Assembly (NCBI GenBank): GCA_965207065.1
Contig: OZ242260.1
Location: 1,632,001-1,696,000 of the forward strand
Direction: 5' to 3'
Origin: a bacterium
Lineage (GTDB): Bacteria; UBA8248
DNA length: 64,000 nucleotides
Shown: positions 8,970-19,383 of the stretch, in pieces
Layout of the letters: the number at the start of each line of letters is the position of its first letter
How positions within the stretch are numbered: the first letter of the stretch is position 1
Notes under the pieces: model-generated
Databases searched by the model: none
Told to the model about the DNA's origin: nothing
The model's input: the letters and a program-made list of their open reading frames with translations, nothing else
Translations under genes and position numbers: made by a program

Positions 8970-11354
8970 GTGATCGAGGACTCGTCAGGAAACGATAATG
9001 TCTTGAACATCAAGGTGAGGGCGCAATTGTCTGAATATCAGGTTCTGGGCAAATCCATACCGAGACTCGACTCCGCAGAGAAGGTCTCCGGTTACGCCGA
9101 TTTCGGCGATGATTTGAGAAGGCCCGGCTGCCTCACCGCGAAACTGCTCCTGAGCCCGCTTCCCCACGCCGAAATCAAAAAAATCGACACTACCGATGCC
9201 TTGAAAGTTCCCGGCGTACACGCCATCGTCACGGCGGATGATTTTTCCGGTATCCGCCACGGCAGGCTCGTGCGCGATGAACCACTACTCGCCATCGACA
9301 AGGTGCTTTACGTCGGCGAACGCGTGGCGGCCGTCGCCGCTGAAACCCCCGAAACCGCGCAAGCTGCGCTCGATAAAATTCATGTCGACTACAAGGTTCT
9401 CCCCGCTGTTTTCACGACAGACGACGCCATGAAGGACGACGCCCCGCTACTCCATGACGCGCTGGATGATTACGCATCGTTTCCGGGTATCGTGCGCTAT
9501 GGGAACGTGGCCGCCGATATTCTCATTCGATCCGGTGATCCCATAGAAAACGCGCTTGCGCACGCCGACTTCGTTTTCGAGGACGAATACGAAACACCCC
9601 GCGTTCACCAGAATTATCTCGAACCCCGCGCCATGCTCGCGGAGCCGGGGCCCGAGGACAGCACGACAGTCTATTCTCCCACCCAGGGGGCTTTTGTGGT
9701 GCGCGCCATCGCCTCGGAAATTCTCGCACTCCCCATGAACAAACTGCGCGTCGTGAGCACCCATGTGGGAGGCGCTTTCGGCGGAAAATCCCAACATCTG
9801 ATGGAAGCCCTGGCCGTTTTGTTGAGCAGAAAGTCGAACCGGCCCGTTCAACTGACGCTCAACCGCGAGGAGGAGACCATCACCGGAAACCCGAGGCACG
9901 CTTACCGTATGCGCTATCGCACGGGCTTGACGCGGGAAGGGAAAATCATCGCGCGCCACGTACAAATCACATCGAACAACGGCGCCTATTGCATGACGGG
10001 CCCAATGGTTTTGGGAAAATCCTGCTACACCAGCGCGGGGCCATATAAAATTCCAAATGTCAGGGTCGATGGTCTGCTCATATATACAAACCTTCCGCCC
10101 AGCGGCTCCTACCGGGGATTGGGCGTGGCGCAGGTCGCTTTCGCCTGCGAGCGTCATACCGACCGCATCGCTTCGGAACTGGAAATGGACCCGCTCGCCT
10201 TTCGGCGCCTCAACGGGATGGATGAAAACGACGAGGACCCCGCAGGCACGATTCTACAGAGCGTCAGCATCAAGGAAACACTCGATCGTGCGGGCAAGAA
10301 GGCGGGCTGGGGAAAGCAGAAAAAGAAAAACCGGAATGTCAGAATCAGGCGCGGGATAGGCATCGGCTGCGCACGCTATCCCACGGGTGGGGGAGCGTCG
10401 GGCGCCGTGGTGAAGGTGAACGAAGATGGGGGTCTGGCCGTGCTGGCCGGGTGTGCTGATTTAGGCACCGGGGCGGCTACTGTTATGGCGCAGGTGGCGG
10501 CGGAGGTGCTTGGAGCCGAAGTTCAGAAGGTGAGCGTTCGTATCGCCGACACCGAAACAACGCCCTTCGACGCCATCTCTGCGGGCAGCCGTACTACGTT
10601 CAACATGGCGCACGCCGTGCGAATGGCGGCGGAGGATGCCCGAGAGCAAATGCTTCGCCAAGCGGCGCGCATGCTCGAATCCTCCCCGGAAGACTTAAGT
10701 ATAGGCGAGGGAAACATTTTTGTGCGCGCCGCACCCTCACGCGCCATCGCGTTTTCCGAGGTGGCATTTTCGGCCGTATGGAAAGGCGACGGCCCCGTGA
10801 CCGGGCGCGGCTCCTACCGCGGGGAGAATCCCCCTCATCGTACGGACAACGTGCGTGGCCACCCGGAACCCTCAAGGCCTGGGCCCGAATTCGCCACCCA
10901 AATCGCCGAAGTCGAAGTCGATACCGAGACGGGAGAAACCAGAGTCTTGAGAATCACCAGCGCGCAGGACGTGGGCTTCGCCATGAACCCCCTCACCCTG
11001 AACGGACAGATAGAGGGCGGCATCGCCCAGGGGCTGGGCTGGGCGCTTGCCGAGCAGATCCACCACGAAGGGGGCATCATCGAACATGCGGATTTCGAGA
11101 GCCAGCTCAATCCCACGAGTCTGGACGTATCGGAAATCGCAAGCGTGATCGTGGAATCGCCCGACGTGGAAGGCCCCTACGGGGCCAAGGGGGCGGGGGA
11201 GATGCCGCTCATTCCGGCAGCGCCCGCGATTGTGAACGCGATCGCAGACGCCATAGGGGATCCGGCCAACCCGAACCTCAACAAGCTGCCGATTGCGCCC
11301 GAAGACATCGTTCGCGCAGTTCGCGACAAAAACGGTTCAGTATCCGTTTCCTAG
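8970..11354 (+). CDS. Xanthine dehydrogenase/aldehyde oxidoreductase family molybdopterin-binding (large) subunit
   Basis: HQNYLEP, VGGAFGGK, GSYRGLG, GSRTT, GQIEGG, GAKGAGE motifs. Confidence 0.93.
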   Translation: MIEDSSGNDNVLNIKVRAQLSEYQVLGKSIPRLDSAEKVSGYADFGDDLRRPGCLTAKLLLSPLPHAEIKKIDTTDALKVPGVHAIVTADDFSGIRHGRLVRDEPLLAIDKVLYVGERVAAVAAETPETAQAALDKIHVDYKVLPAVFTTDDAMKDDAPLLHDALDDYASFPGIVRYGNVAADILIRSGDPIENALAHADFVFEDEYETPRVHQNYLEPRAMLAEPGPEDSTTVYSPTQGAFVVRAIASEILALPMNKLRVVSTHVGGAFGGKSQHLMEALAVLLSRKSNRPVQLTLNREEETITGNPRHAYRMRYRTGLTREGKIIARHVQITSNNGAYCMTGPMVLGKSCYTSAGPYKIPNVRVDGLLIYTNLPPSGSYRGLGVAQVAFACERHTDRIASELEMDPLAFRRLNGMDENDEDPAGTILQSVSIKETLDRAGKKAGWGKQKKKNRNVRIRRGIGIGCARYPTGGGASGAVVKVNEDGGLAVLAGCADLGTGAATVMAQVAAEVLGAEVQKVSVRIADTETTPFDAISAGSRTTFNMAHAVRMAAEDAREQMLRQAARMLESSPEDLSIGEGNIFVRAAPSRAIAFSEVAFSAVWKGDGPVTGRGSYRGENPPHRTDNVRGHPEPSRPGPEFATQIAEVEVDTETGETRVLRITSAQDVGFAMNPLTLNGQIEGGIAQGLGWALAEQIHHEGGIIEHADFESQLNPTSLDVSEIASVIVESPDVEGPYGAKGAGEMPLIPAAPAIVNAIADAIGDPANPNLNKLPIAPEDIVRAVRDKNGSVSVS

Positions 11355-12637
11355 TTTTTCAGTTCGAATTTCTCATCATAGATATCAAAACTCGATGACG
11401 CCGCGTTGTCTCGCGCCTGTTTGATAAGCTTGTGCGAAAGATCAGAAATATTCTGGTTTTTCAGAAACTGGATATAGAAATCATGATAAAAGGCGTCGGG
11501 TCGCACGTGGACCCGCACCCTGAGTCTGGCGGCTCCTTCGCCTCGTCCCCTCCTGTACCGGAACGTGACAGATTCTTGAGGGGGAATACGCGTGTCATGG
11601 ATTTCACGGCTGAAATCGGACGAGAGTTTCCGCTCTATCACGTTGATCTGTCTTGAACCCGGTAAGGTTCGTCCGTCCTTATCCTCAAGTTCAGTGATGA
11701 CTTCCACCGAGGGCGTGATGTAGGTGGGAAAATAATGGCCGGCTCCCGAGTTCGTGAGCTTAATTTCGGCCGTCACGATTTCCCCGCGCGCTTCCGCTCC
11801 CAACGTAACGTCGATTTGCACAGCGCTTTGGGTCATATCCTTGTCATGTATGCCCCGCCACAGATGCGCGCGTCCTGGCATGTGGCAACTCTGGCAGGAG
11901 ACGCCCTCCTTGCCCCAAAGGGAGCTTTTCCACTCGTTATAAGTATTCTGAATCGACTTCCCGTTCGGCCCGGGAAACGTGTGCTGATGGCAACCCATGC
12001 AAAATTCAGCGCGGCTGAAAAATGGCGTGCGCTCCACACCGGCGTGCGCACCACTCTTCGTCGTATCGTTCACACCCTCTGGTGTCTCTGTCTTCTGTGG
12101 ACCATATACGCGCCAATCGCGCACATGGCATGCGGCGCAGGCCAGCCCGTGCATCTCCAGTTTTGGGTCGTGGACCGGGTTTTTCCGCCAGTTTGTAATT
12201 TGGCCCGCACCCAATTTCGCGCGCTTCTGCTGTTCCGCCAAGGGCGCATGGCACTCATTACAGCTTTGCGCTTGCTCGGGATTCGACTTCCACATATCGA
12301 CGAGTTGCCCGTATATGCCCGGACTCATCGCCTTGGCGTGAAGCGTGGTTTTCCACTGTTTGTACTGCTCGGGATGACAACTCCCGCAACTATCCGGCAA
12401 CAGAGAGCGTTCGGCGTCTTTGTATGATTTCGGCGCCTCGCCCATGGGGGGCAGAGGATAGCGGAAATGATCGTTCACGAAATCCCGCCAACGCTTCCAT
12501 TTGCCGGGAATCTCTTTTTTTTCAACAGCTTCGATGGGGGGGAAGTAGCTTTTTGATAATTTCGGGAAAACAGTCGGAAACGCGAAAAGAAGCATAGATA
12601 ATACTAAAGCCATGAATTTCAAGCGCATTTCAGACAT
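11351..12637 (-). CDS. Multiheme c-type cytochrome (5 CxxCH; c554-like)
   Basis: CGSCH, CNECH, CAACH, CMGCH, CQSCH; N-terminal hydrophobic anchor/signal. Confidence 0.88.
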   Translation of the reverse strand: MSEMRLKFMALVLSMLLFAFPTVFPKLSKSYFPPIEAVEKKEIPGKWKRWRDFVNDHFRYPLPPMGEAPKSYKDAERSLLPDSCGSCHPEQYKQWKTTLHAKAMSPGIYGQLVDMWKSNPEQAQSCNECHAPLAEQQKRAKLGAGQITNWRKNPVHDPKLEMHGLACAACHVRDWRVYGPQKTETPEGVNDTTKSGAHAGVERTPFFSRAEFCMGCHQHTFPGPNGKSIQNTYNEWKSSLWGKEGVSCQSCHMPGRAHLWRGIHDKDMTQSAVQIDVTLGAEARGEIVTAEIKLTNSGAGHYFPTYITPSVEVITELEDKDGRTLPGSRQINVIERKLSSDFSREIHDTRIPPQESVTFRYRRGRGEGAARLRVRVHVRPDAFYHDFYIQFLKNQNISDLSHKLIKQARDNAASSSFDIYDEKFELKN

Positions 12638-12915
12638 CCTGCTCCGGCGGCCCGTCTGTTTATCCTGTTTGCTTTCACCCAACGACACTCGGCAGGCAAG
12701 TTATTGAAAAACCGAGAAATTGTAGCGCTGCCTCACGTCCGTATGCATTGTGAGCTTAAAGCCCTTTTTTTCTCAACAGGTTTGTTTCGACACAAATTTC
12801 ATGACTCAAAATTGGGAAATGACATCTCCCGGCATAGGTTTTACTTGCTTGATCGGATTGTATAGGTTGTCTGCCGGAATCATTGACACCCATACCAATC
12901 GAATCAGGAGTAAAA

Positions 12916-13368
12916 ATGAATTTCGCCATTCGACCTGCCACTATTCATGACGCAGAGAAAATCATCCAATTCAACATCGAGATGGCTCTGGAGAGTGAAA
13001 ACCTGCGCCTCGAGCCCGAGAAGGTCCGCCAGGGCGTGGAAAAATCGCTCTCCAATCCGTCGATGGGTCAATTTTATCTCGCGCACCGGGGTGATGAGAT
13101 AATAGGCCAGATCCGGGTCACCCTGGAGTGGAGCGACTGGAATAACGGCGATTACTGGTGGATCCAGAACGTTTACGTCATTCCTTCGGCGAGGAAACAG
13201 GGCGTCTACAGGGCCTTGCACCACTACGTAAAAAATCTCGCCGAACAAGCCGGCGCCTGCAGCCTCCAGCTATACGTCGACGCGCAAAACACGGCGGCCC
13301 AGGCGGTTTACAAGAACCTGAACATGTCGCAAAGCCATTATCTGATTTTCGAGCAGATGGAAGACTAG
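12916..13368 (+). CDS. GNAT family N-acetyltransferase
   Basis: WWIQNVYV..ARKQGVY motif A, NTAAQAVYKNLNM; AGGAG RBS. Confidence 0.9.
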   Translation: MNFAIRPATIHDAEKIIQFNIEMALESENLRLEPEKVRQGVEKSLSNPSMGQFYLAHRGDEIIGQIRVTLEWSDWNNGDYWWIQNVYVIPSARKQGVYRALHHYVKNLAEQAGACSLQLYVDAQNTAAQAVYKNLNMSQSHYLIFEQMED

Positions 13369-13408
13369 CCGGGAAGGTGAACAACACTCTCCCAATCGTG
13401 ACTGGAGA

Positions 13409-13885
13409 TTAGCCGCCTTCGCGATTTCTCTTGAGCGGGATGACATCCGCAGGTTTTTGCGCATCATCCCGTCGGCGTCCCCGCCAGTTGGAAGGCCAGA
13501 TATAGCGCACGCGCCACAGGGTTCTGGCCGCTCCTCCCACCGCCCACGTGAGCGTGCTGCCCGCGTCTCGCGTTCTTTTTCCCAGCGAGCGAAACACTTT
13601 CTTGCCGCCTTCCTCGCCAATGGAGACGAGGCGCGAGGTCGCCTCTCTCGCTGCGTCGATGGGCCGGAGTGCCTGCGCGATCACCTGGCGCAAAACCCAC
13701 TTCATCATCAGGCAAAACACGAAGGAGAGCGCGAAAAAGACACCCAGCACCTGGAGGCCGCGGGCGGGCTCATCCACTATCATGACGCTCATCTGGGCGA
13801 TGCCGTAAAACGCCAGGCCAATCATTCCCAGACAAACGGCGATAGCGCCTCCTGAGCGCACTATCAAGCGCAACATGCCAAACAT
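13409..13885 (-). CDS. Hypothetical membrane protein
   Basis: Two hydrophobic helices and a basic C-terminus; GGAG RBS; fills the gap between GNAT and serS. Confidence 0.55.
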   Translation of the reverse strand: MFGMLRLIVRSGGAIAVCLGMIGLAFYGIAQMSVMIVDEPARGLQVLGVFFALSFVFCLMMKWVLRQVIAQALRPIDAAREATSRLVSIGEEGGKKVFRSLGKRTRDAGSTLTWAVGGAARTLWRVRYIWPSNWRGRRRDDAQKPADVIPLKRNREGG

Positions 13886-14065
13886 GATCGTCTCCGAATG
13901 TCTGCGGACGCCGGAAAATACTTCTGATCCATCAAGAATACCCCATTTACAAAACCAAAAGCCAGCGCGGGCGTTTCATCTCCTAGGAGATGTTTCCGTT
14001 GACGCGCGCAACCTCTCGTTTTATGTTCACTACCCCGTAAGGAAACATCATGGAGGAGCAGCAAA

Positions 14066-15349
14066 TTGTTCGACATTCGCCTCATCAGAAACGACCCCGA
14101 AGCGGTGGCGCGCTCGCTCGCGCGAAGGGGCGGTGGTTGGGACCTCTCAGGCTTACTGGAAATCGACGCCCGAAGGCGGGATCTGACCCACCAGGTCGAG
14201 AGCCGGGTGGCCGACGTGAGAAAACGCAGCAAGAAAATCGGCGAGCTCAAGCGCAGCAAGGCGTCCGAAGAGGAGGTTGAGGCGTTTCTGGCCGAGAACC
14301 AGCGCTTGACGGCCGAGGCGAAATCCATGGAGGGCGAGCTGAGAGAACTCGAGCAAAAACAAAACGATGCTCTCCTGGAACTGCCCAACGCGCCGCATGA
14401 GACCACCCCCGAGGGCCAGTCTGCAGAGGAGAACGCCCTCGTGCGGGTCTGGGGCGAGAAGCCGGCGTTTGACTTCGAACCCAGGGCGCACGACGAACTG
14501 GGCGAGGCACTGGGCATTCTGGACATGAAGCGCGCCGCCAAGATAGCGGGCGCGCGGTTTGCGCTCTACCGGGGCGCGGGGGCGCGGCTGGAGCGCGCCC
14601 TCATCAACTTCATGCTCGATCTGCACACGAACGAGCACGGCTACACCGAGTGGCTCCCGCCCTTCATGGTGAACCCCGAGGCCATGACGGGCACGGGTCA
14701 GCTGCCCAAGTTCGAGGAAGACCTCTTCCGCGTAAATGACGGAAAATACTACCTTATCCCCACCGCCGAGGTGCCCGTCACGAACATCCACCGGGAGGAA
14801 ATCCTGGATGGCGGGGATTTGCCCCTGAAGTACACGGCCTACACCCCCTGTTTCAGGAGCGAGGCCGGCTCCTACGGCCAGGACACGCGCGGCCTCATCC
14901 GCCAGCACCAGTTCAACAAGGTCGAACTCGTCAAGTTCAGCCGCCCCGAGACGAGCTACGAGGAATTAGAGAGCCTGACCCTGGACGCCGAGAAAGTACT
15001 GAAACTACTTGGGTTGCACTACCGCGTCGTCACGCTGTGCGCGGGAGATCTGGGCTTTTCCGCCGCCAAGACGTACGACATCGAGGTCTGGGTGCCGTCC
15101 CAGAACACCTACCGGGAGATATCTTCGTGCAGCAACTTCGAGGATTTCCAGGCGCGCCGCGCGGGCATCCGCTACCGGCCCGGTGCGGGAGATAAACCAC
15201 TGTTTCTGCACACGTTGAACGGCTCGGGCCTCGCGGTGGGGAGGACGCTCGTGGCGATTCTGGAGAATTTCCAGCGCGCGGACGGAAGCGTGGCGATACC
15301 CGAAGCCTTGCGCCCCTACATGGGCGGAGCGGCCTCCATCCCGGCCTGA
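14066..15349 (+). CDS. serS: Serine--tRNA ligase
   Basis: N-terminal coiled coil; [51 protein letters not shown]. Confidence 0.98.
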   Translation: MFDIRLIRNDPEAVARSLARRGGGWDLSGLLEIDARRRDLTHQVESRVADVRKRSKKIGELKRSKASEEEVEAFLAENQRLTAEAKSMEGELRELEQKQNDALLELPNAPHETTPEGQSAEENALVRVWGEKPAFDFEPRAHDELGEALGILDMKRAAKIAGARFALYRGAGARLERALINFMLDLHTNEHGYTEWLPPFMVNPEAMTGTGQLPKFEEDLFRVNDGKYYLIPTAEVPVTNIHREEILDGGDLPLKYTAYTPCFRSEAGSYGQDTRGLIRQHQFNKVELVKFSRPETSYEELESLTLDAEKVLKLLGLHYRVVTLCAGDLGFSAAKTYDIEVWVPSQNTYREISSCSNFEDFQARRAGIRYRPGAGDKPLFLHTLNGSGLAVGRTLVAILENFQRADGSVAIPEALRPYMGGAASIPA

Positions 15350-15743
15350 AATCCGCGCAACTCCCCGCATTTGCCGTCATCGCATATGTAGCGGATCGTG
15401 GCAGGATTCCCCTGCGCCGCACTTCCGCGGCGTCATTTCCCAGGAAAATAAATAGCCGGAAACTTATCGATAAACCCCGTGAATTTATCGAAATTTATCG
15501 AATTTCTTGGATAAAACCCGACCGGGGAGGGAGGGTTTCCATATCTTTAAGCGAAACGCGCGGCTCCGTCATGATACTGAAATCCACCGAATCCATGCGG
15601 ACGGCAATTGCGGGGAAATGCGCCTTCGTCTCGATGAGGGCGCGGAGCCGGAGAGCAAGGTTTTCCGGCGTAAGTCGGCGGCGATTGCGGAAATGCGGGC
15701 GTCATGAAACGGGCGATGGGCGCAACCCTTTCCGGCGCTCCGC

Positions 15744-16214
15744 CTATTCGTTCACATGCCAGGCCTCGCGCATCGCGCAGCCGCCGGCCTTGTATAGATT
15801 GTACACCGGGCATCTGCGGAAATACGCCGCCTTGAGCGCTTCTATCTGCTCATCCGTCGCGTCGATCTCGAGCCATATCTCGCTGTGCGCCTCGGTGGGG
15901 TGCGATTGGTAGCCCTCCTGTCCCGCGATGCCCCTGGGGCTGTAGACGATGGCGGACTTCACCTTGAGGGAGCCGATTTCCAGCTTCGCGTCCTTGGCGC
16001 ATCTCTCCAGGATCACCGCGGTGCACCCCGCGAGCGAGGTGACGAGATAGTCCATGGGCGAGGGGCCCTCGCCCGAGCCGCCCAGGTGCTTGGGCTCGTC
16101 CATCACCAGGGTGTATCCGCGCATCAGGGTGACGACGCTCTTCGCTTGGCCCTTGAAGTCCGCTTCCGCCCAGTTCTCCGTGGTTTCGGGTATTTCCTTC
16201 GGCCGAATCGCCAT
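15744..16214 (-). CDS. OsmC/Ohr family protein
   Basis: DEPKHLGGSGEGPSPMDYLVTSLAGC ... RCPV two-Cys pattern. Confidence 0.88.
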   Translation of the reverse strand: MAIRPKEIPETTENWAEADFKGQAKSVVTLMRGYTLVMDEPKHLGGSGEGPSPMDYLVTSLAGCTAVILERCAKDAKLEIGSLKVKSAIVYSPRGIAGQEGYQSHPTEAHSEIWLEIDATDEQIEALKAAYFRRCPVYNLYKAGGCAMREAWHVNE

Positions 16215-16437
16215 TTCCTGCGCTCCTTTTGGTGATGAGAAATGAAATTTCCGTCCCGCCGCCGCATCCCCGCGGGTTTTCATCGCCCGCGTCTTTTAGC
16301 AGGGAATCCGGGGAAAGGGTAGCCGGGGTCAAACGCGCGTGAGGAGCGGGCGTTTGACGCGACCAATGCGGGAGGGTTCGCCGGAATGACGGGGTGAGAC
16401 CCCCGTAGGGGCGGACCGGTGTGTCCGCCCTTGGCCC

Positions 16438-17958
16438 CTACTTGGACCGCGCCGCTTTCAGCCGCTCATAAACTTCCGTCCCCTTGAGCGCGGGGTTCTC
16501 TTTCGCGTAGTCCCGCGGCGTCTTGCCGGATTTGTTTCTGGCCCCCGGGTTCGCTCCCGCATCCAGCAGGGCCGCCACGACCGCCGAGTTCCTGCTGTAA
16601 GCCGCCGCCCAGTGCAGGGGCGTCCTACCGCTATTGTTCCGTGCGTCCACCTGAGCGCCCGCTTTCAGGAGAATTGTCGCAACCGCCGGATTCTGGTTGA
16701 GCGTCGCCAGGTGGAGGGGCGTCCATCCTTTTGCTTTATCCCTCGCGTTCACCCTGGCGCCGGCCTTCAATAAAGCAGCCGCGGTCGTCGGGTTTTCGTT
16801 GCGTGCCGCCCGGAACAGGGGCGTCTGTCCGAGCGTGTCCCGCGCGTTCGGGTCGCCCCCGGCCTTTAAGATAGTCGTCACGACCGCCGGGTTTTCGTTG
16901 CTCGCCGCCCGGAACAGGGGCGTCATTCCCTTCTCGTCCCGCGCGTTCAACTCGCTTCCGGCCTTCAGGAGCGCCATCATGACCGCGGGGTTCTCCTTGT
17001 ACCCCGTCACCAGATGCAGCGGCGTCATTCCGTATTTGTCCCGTGAGTCGACCTTCGCTCCTGCATCCAGCAAAATCTCCAAAACCGCCGGGTTTTCACT
17101 GTACATCGCCGCATCGTGCAGGGGTGTCCTGCCTTGCTCATCCCGCGCGTTCACCTCGGCGCCCGCCTCCAACAGGGCCGTCACGACAGCCGGGTTTCCT
17201 CTATGGGATGCCGCGAAGTGCAATGGCGTCGTTCTGGATTTATCCCGCGCGTTCACCTCGGCGCGGGCATGGATCAAAGCTCTCGCGACTGCCGGGTTCT
17301 TGTTGAGCGCCGCCCGGTGGAGGGGCGTCCATCCCTCTGCTTCATCCCGCGCGTTCACGTTTGCCCCGGACTTCAGCAATGTAGCCGTGATCGCGGGGTT
17401 TTCGTTGAGCGCCGCATGGAACAGGGGGGTTCGTCCAAGCACTTCCCGCGCGTTCGGGTCGCCTCCGGCCTGTAAGAGGGTCGCCACGACCGCCGGGTTT
17501 TCGTTGTACGCCGCCTTGTGGAGGGGCGTCTGTCCCCCGTCAGTCCGCGCGTTCACCTCGCCTCCGGCCTTCAGGAGCGCCGCCGTGATTGCCGGGTTTC
17601 GGTTGGATGCCGCCCAGTGCAGGGGATTCCGATCGAACTTGTCCCGCGCGTTCACCACGGCGCCGGCCTTGAGGAGGGCCGTCAAGACCGCGAGGTTCTC
17701 GTTGTACTCCGCCGCCAGGTGCAGCGGCGTGAGTCCGAACCCGCCCCGGGCGTCGACGTTCGCTCCGGCATCGAGACACCGGGAGACGTCCGCTGCGCGG
17801 GCGCGTTGGAAGAACTTCGCCGATTTCAAGTACTTCGCCATGTTCCAATCCCGGCACAACACCTTCGCCGCCATCCCGGTCGTCGCGCTCACCGCCACCG
17901 CGAGCCACAGGCAGAATCCCGCCAGGTACGCTCTGAAAAGTCCGGTCGATGGAATCAT
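16438..17958 (-). CDS. Secreted ankyrin-repeat protein (about 12 full repeats plus cap)
   Basis: Signal peptide; repeated G-x-TPLH-x-A...LL-x-AGA-x-VNARD units. Confidence 0.93.
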   Translation of the reverse strand: MIPSTGLFRAYLAGFCLWLAVAVSATTGMAAKVLCRDWNMAKYLKSAKFFQRARAADVSRCLDAGANVDARGGFGLTPLHLAAEYNENLAVLTALLKAGAVVNARDKFDRNPLHWAASNRNPAITAALLKAGGEVNARTDGGQTPLHKAAYNENPAVVATLLQAGGDPNAREVLGRTPLFHAALNENPAITATLLKSGANVNARDEAEGWTPLHRAALNKNPAVARALIHARAEVNARDKSRTTPLHFAASHRGNPAVVTALLEAGAEVNARDEQGRTPLHDAAMYSENPAVLEILLDAGAKVDSRDKYGMTPLHLVTGYKENPAVMMALLKAGSELNARDEKGMTPLFRAASNENPAVVTTILKAGGDPNARDTLGQTPLFRAARNENPTTAAALLKAGARVNARDKAKGWTPLHLATLNQNPAVATILLKAGAQVDARNNSGRTPLHWAAAYSRNSAVVAALLDAGANPGARNKSGKTPRDYAKENPALKGTEVYERLKAARSK

Positions 17959-17993
17959 CTCCATCTCCTCCGGTGTTGTTCCTATTCGTTGAT

Positions 17994-18605
17994 TCAGTGT
18001 CGTTTGCGCCGCGCCGCTTTCAGTCGCTCATAAACTTCCGTCCCCTTGAGCGCGGGGTTTTCTTTCGCGTAATCGAATGGCATCTTGCCGGATTTGTTTC
18101 TCGTCGCCGGGTTCGCGCCCGCATACAGCAGGGCCGCCACGACCGCCGGCGTCCTGCTCTCTCTCGCCGCCGTGTGCAGGGGCGTCTGCTTGAATTTATC
18201 CCGCAGGTTCACTTTGGCGCCGGCCTTGACCAGCGCCGCCACTATCGCCGGCGTTTTGCTGAACGCAGCGGCTGTGTGGAGGGGAGTCGTTCTCTTATAG
18301 AGATTCCGCGCGTTGGGGTCCGCCCCCGCTTTCACCAGCGCCGCGATGACCGCCGGGTTCGCGCTGTAAGCCTCGGCATTGTGCAGGGGGGAGTCTCCGC
18401 TGAATACGCTCCGCTTGACCGGGTTCTCCCCGGCCTTCACGCACCGGGAGATGTCCGCCGCATCCGCGCGCTCGAAGAAGGCCTGCGTATTCCAGTCATC
18501 ACACGAAACGCCCGCCGCCGTTGCGGGCGCCGCGCCCGTCACCACAACGAGCCACAGGCAGAATCCTGTGAGCGTCGTTCTGAAAAGTCCGGTCGATAGA
18601 ATCAT
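17994..18605 (-). CDS. Secreted ankyrin-repeat protein (3 repeats plus cap), paralog of 16438-17958
   Basis: Near-identical leader (MILSTGLFR..GFCLWL) and C-terminus (AKENPALKGTEVYERLKAAR); start could be 18623. Confidence 0.9.
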   Translation of the reverse strand: MILSTGLFRTTLTGFCLWLVVVTGAAPATAAGVSCDDWNTQAFFERADAADISRCVKAGENPVKRSVFSGDSPLHNAEAYSANPAVIAALVKAGADPNARNLYKRTTPLHTAAAFSKTPAIVAALVKAGAKVNLRDKFKQTPLHTAARESRTPAVVAALLYAGANPATRNKSGKMPFDYAKENPALKGTEVYERLKAARRKRH

Positions 18606-18798
18606 CTCCGTCTCCGCCTTCATCACCCCCGCTTCCACTTCACGAAATGAGGCCGCTACGCCTCGCCCACGGTGTTTTATAGATTGGATCTTGCTCGTCA
18701 TTCCGAGTATGCCGGAATCCGGGCGGATGAGGAACGCGTTATCAGTCTCGACGAAGAGGGCTTGTTGAAATACCCCTCGTCGGGAGGCATCGCTTTTA

Positions 18799-18826
18799 CC
18801 CCCCTGACAAGGGGGGGTAGGGGGGG
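18799..18826. repeat. REP-like CCCCCCTACCCCCCTTGTCAGGGG family copy (others about 25214-25240, 25306-25334, 48407-48432)
   Basis: Four intergenic copies in both orientations. Confidence 0.75.
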
Positions 18827-19052
18827 TTGGTTTTCATGCCGGGGGTTGTTTTCCGGCGTCCCTCGATATGGCCCTTGCGGGCCTACTCGGGATGAGAGCG
18901 TTTTTTGTTTTCCTCACCCCGTGTAGTCCTGAGCCCCCCGAAGGACGTATCGAAGGGCCACCCTGAGCGGGTCGCGTGTATGCGTGGGGTGCTTCTGAGG
19001 AGTCGGTTCCGACCGAAAAGTGATCAGGTTCCGACCAATTAGAAAGCGATTG

Positions 19053-19229
19053 CTACGACTTATCAGAGCCGCCCGTCGCGTTGATGAAATCGCGCAGCAC
19101 CGCCTTGCCTACATCCACCTCGCCCGAGAGCAGGCATTCGACGCCCTATTTCAGAAGCTCTTGCCGGAAGGCCCGGTCGCTCTGAACCCTCGCCTGAATC
19201 GATTCCCTGAAATCCCGTGTGAGTGGCAA
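19053..19229 (-). pseudogene. Truncated addiction-module antidote/HTH regulator remnant
   Basis: TTG-start LPLTRDFRESIQARVQSDRAFRQELLK*GVECLLSGEVDVGKAVLRDFINAT..: TAG at 19146-48 where GAG(E) is expected, and the C-terminal HTH is missing. Confidence 0.7.
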
Positions 19230-19383
19230 GGTTAGGTCTCTTGTCGGCGGCGTATCGGTGTGAAGATTGCGGTAACTGTGGCTTATGGTAAAATACATCA
19301 TCATCAAGTCGTCGGATAGGCGCATTTCTTTCCGCTTATTTCCACCACGAGACTGAGGGCCCACCATACACGGAGTTGTGTGA

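Noticed and set aside
14066-15349. serS as part of a dedicated selenium cluster
   Set aside because: Ordinary housekeeping SerRS; no selA/B/C/D seen in the window, so proximity is probably coincidental
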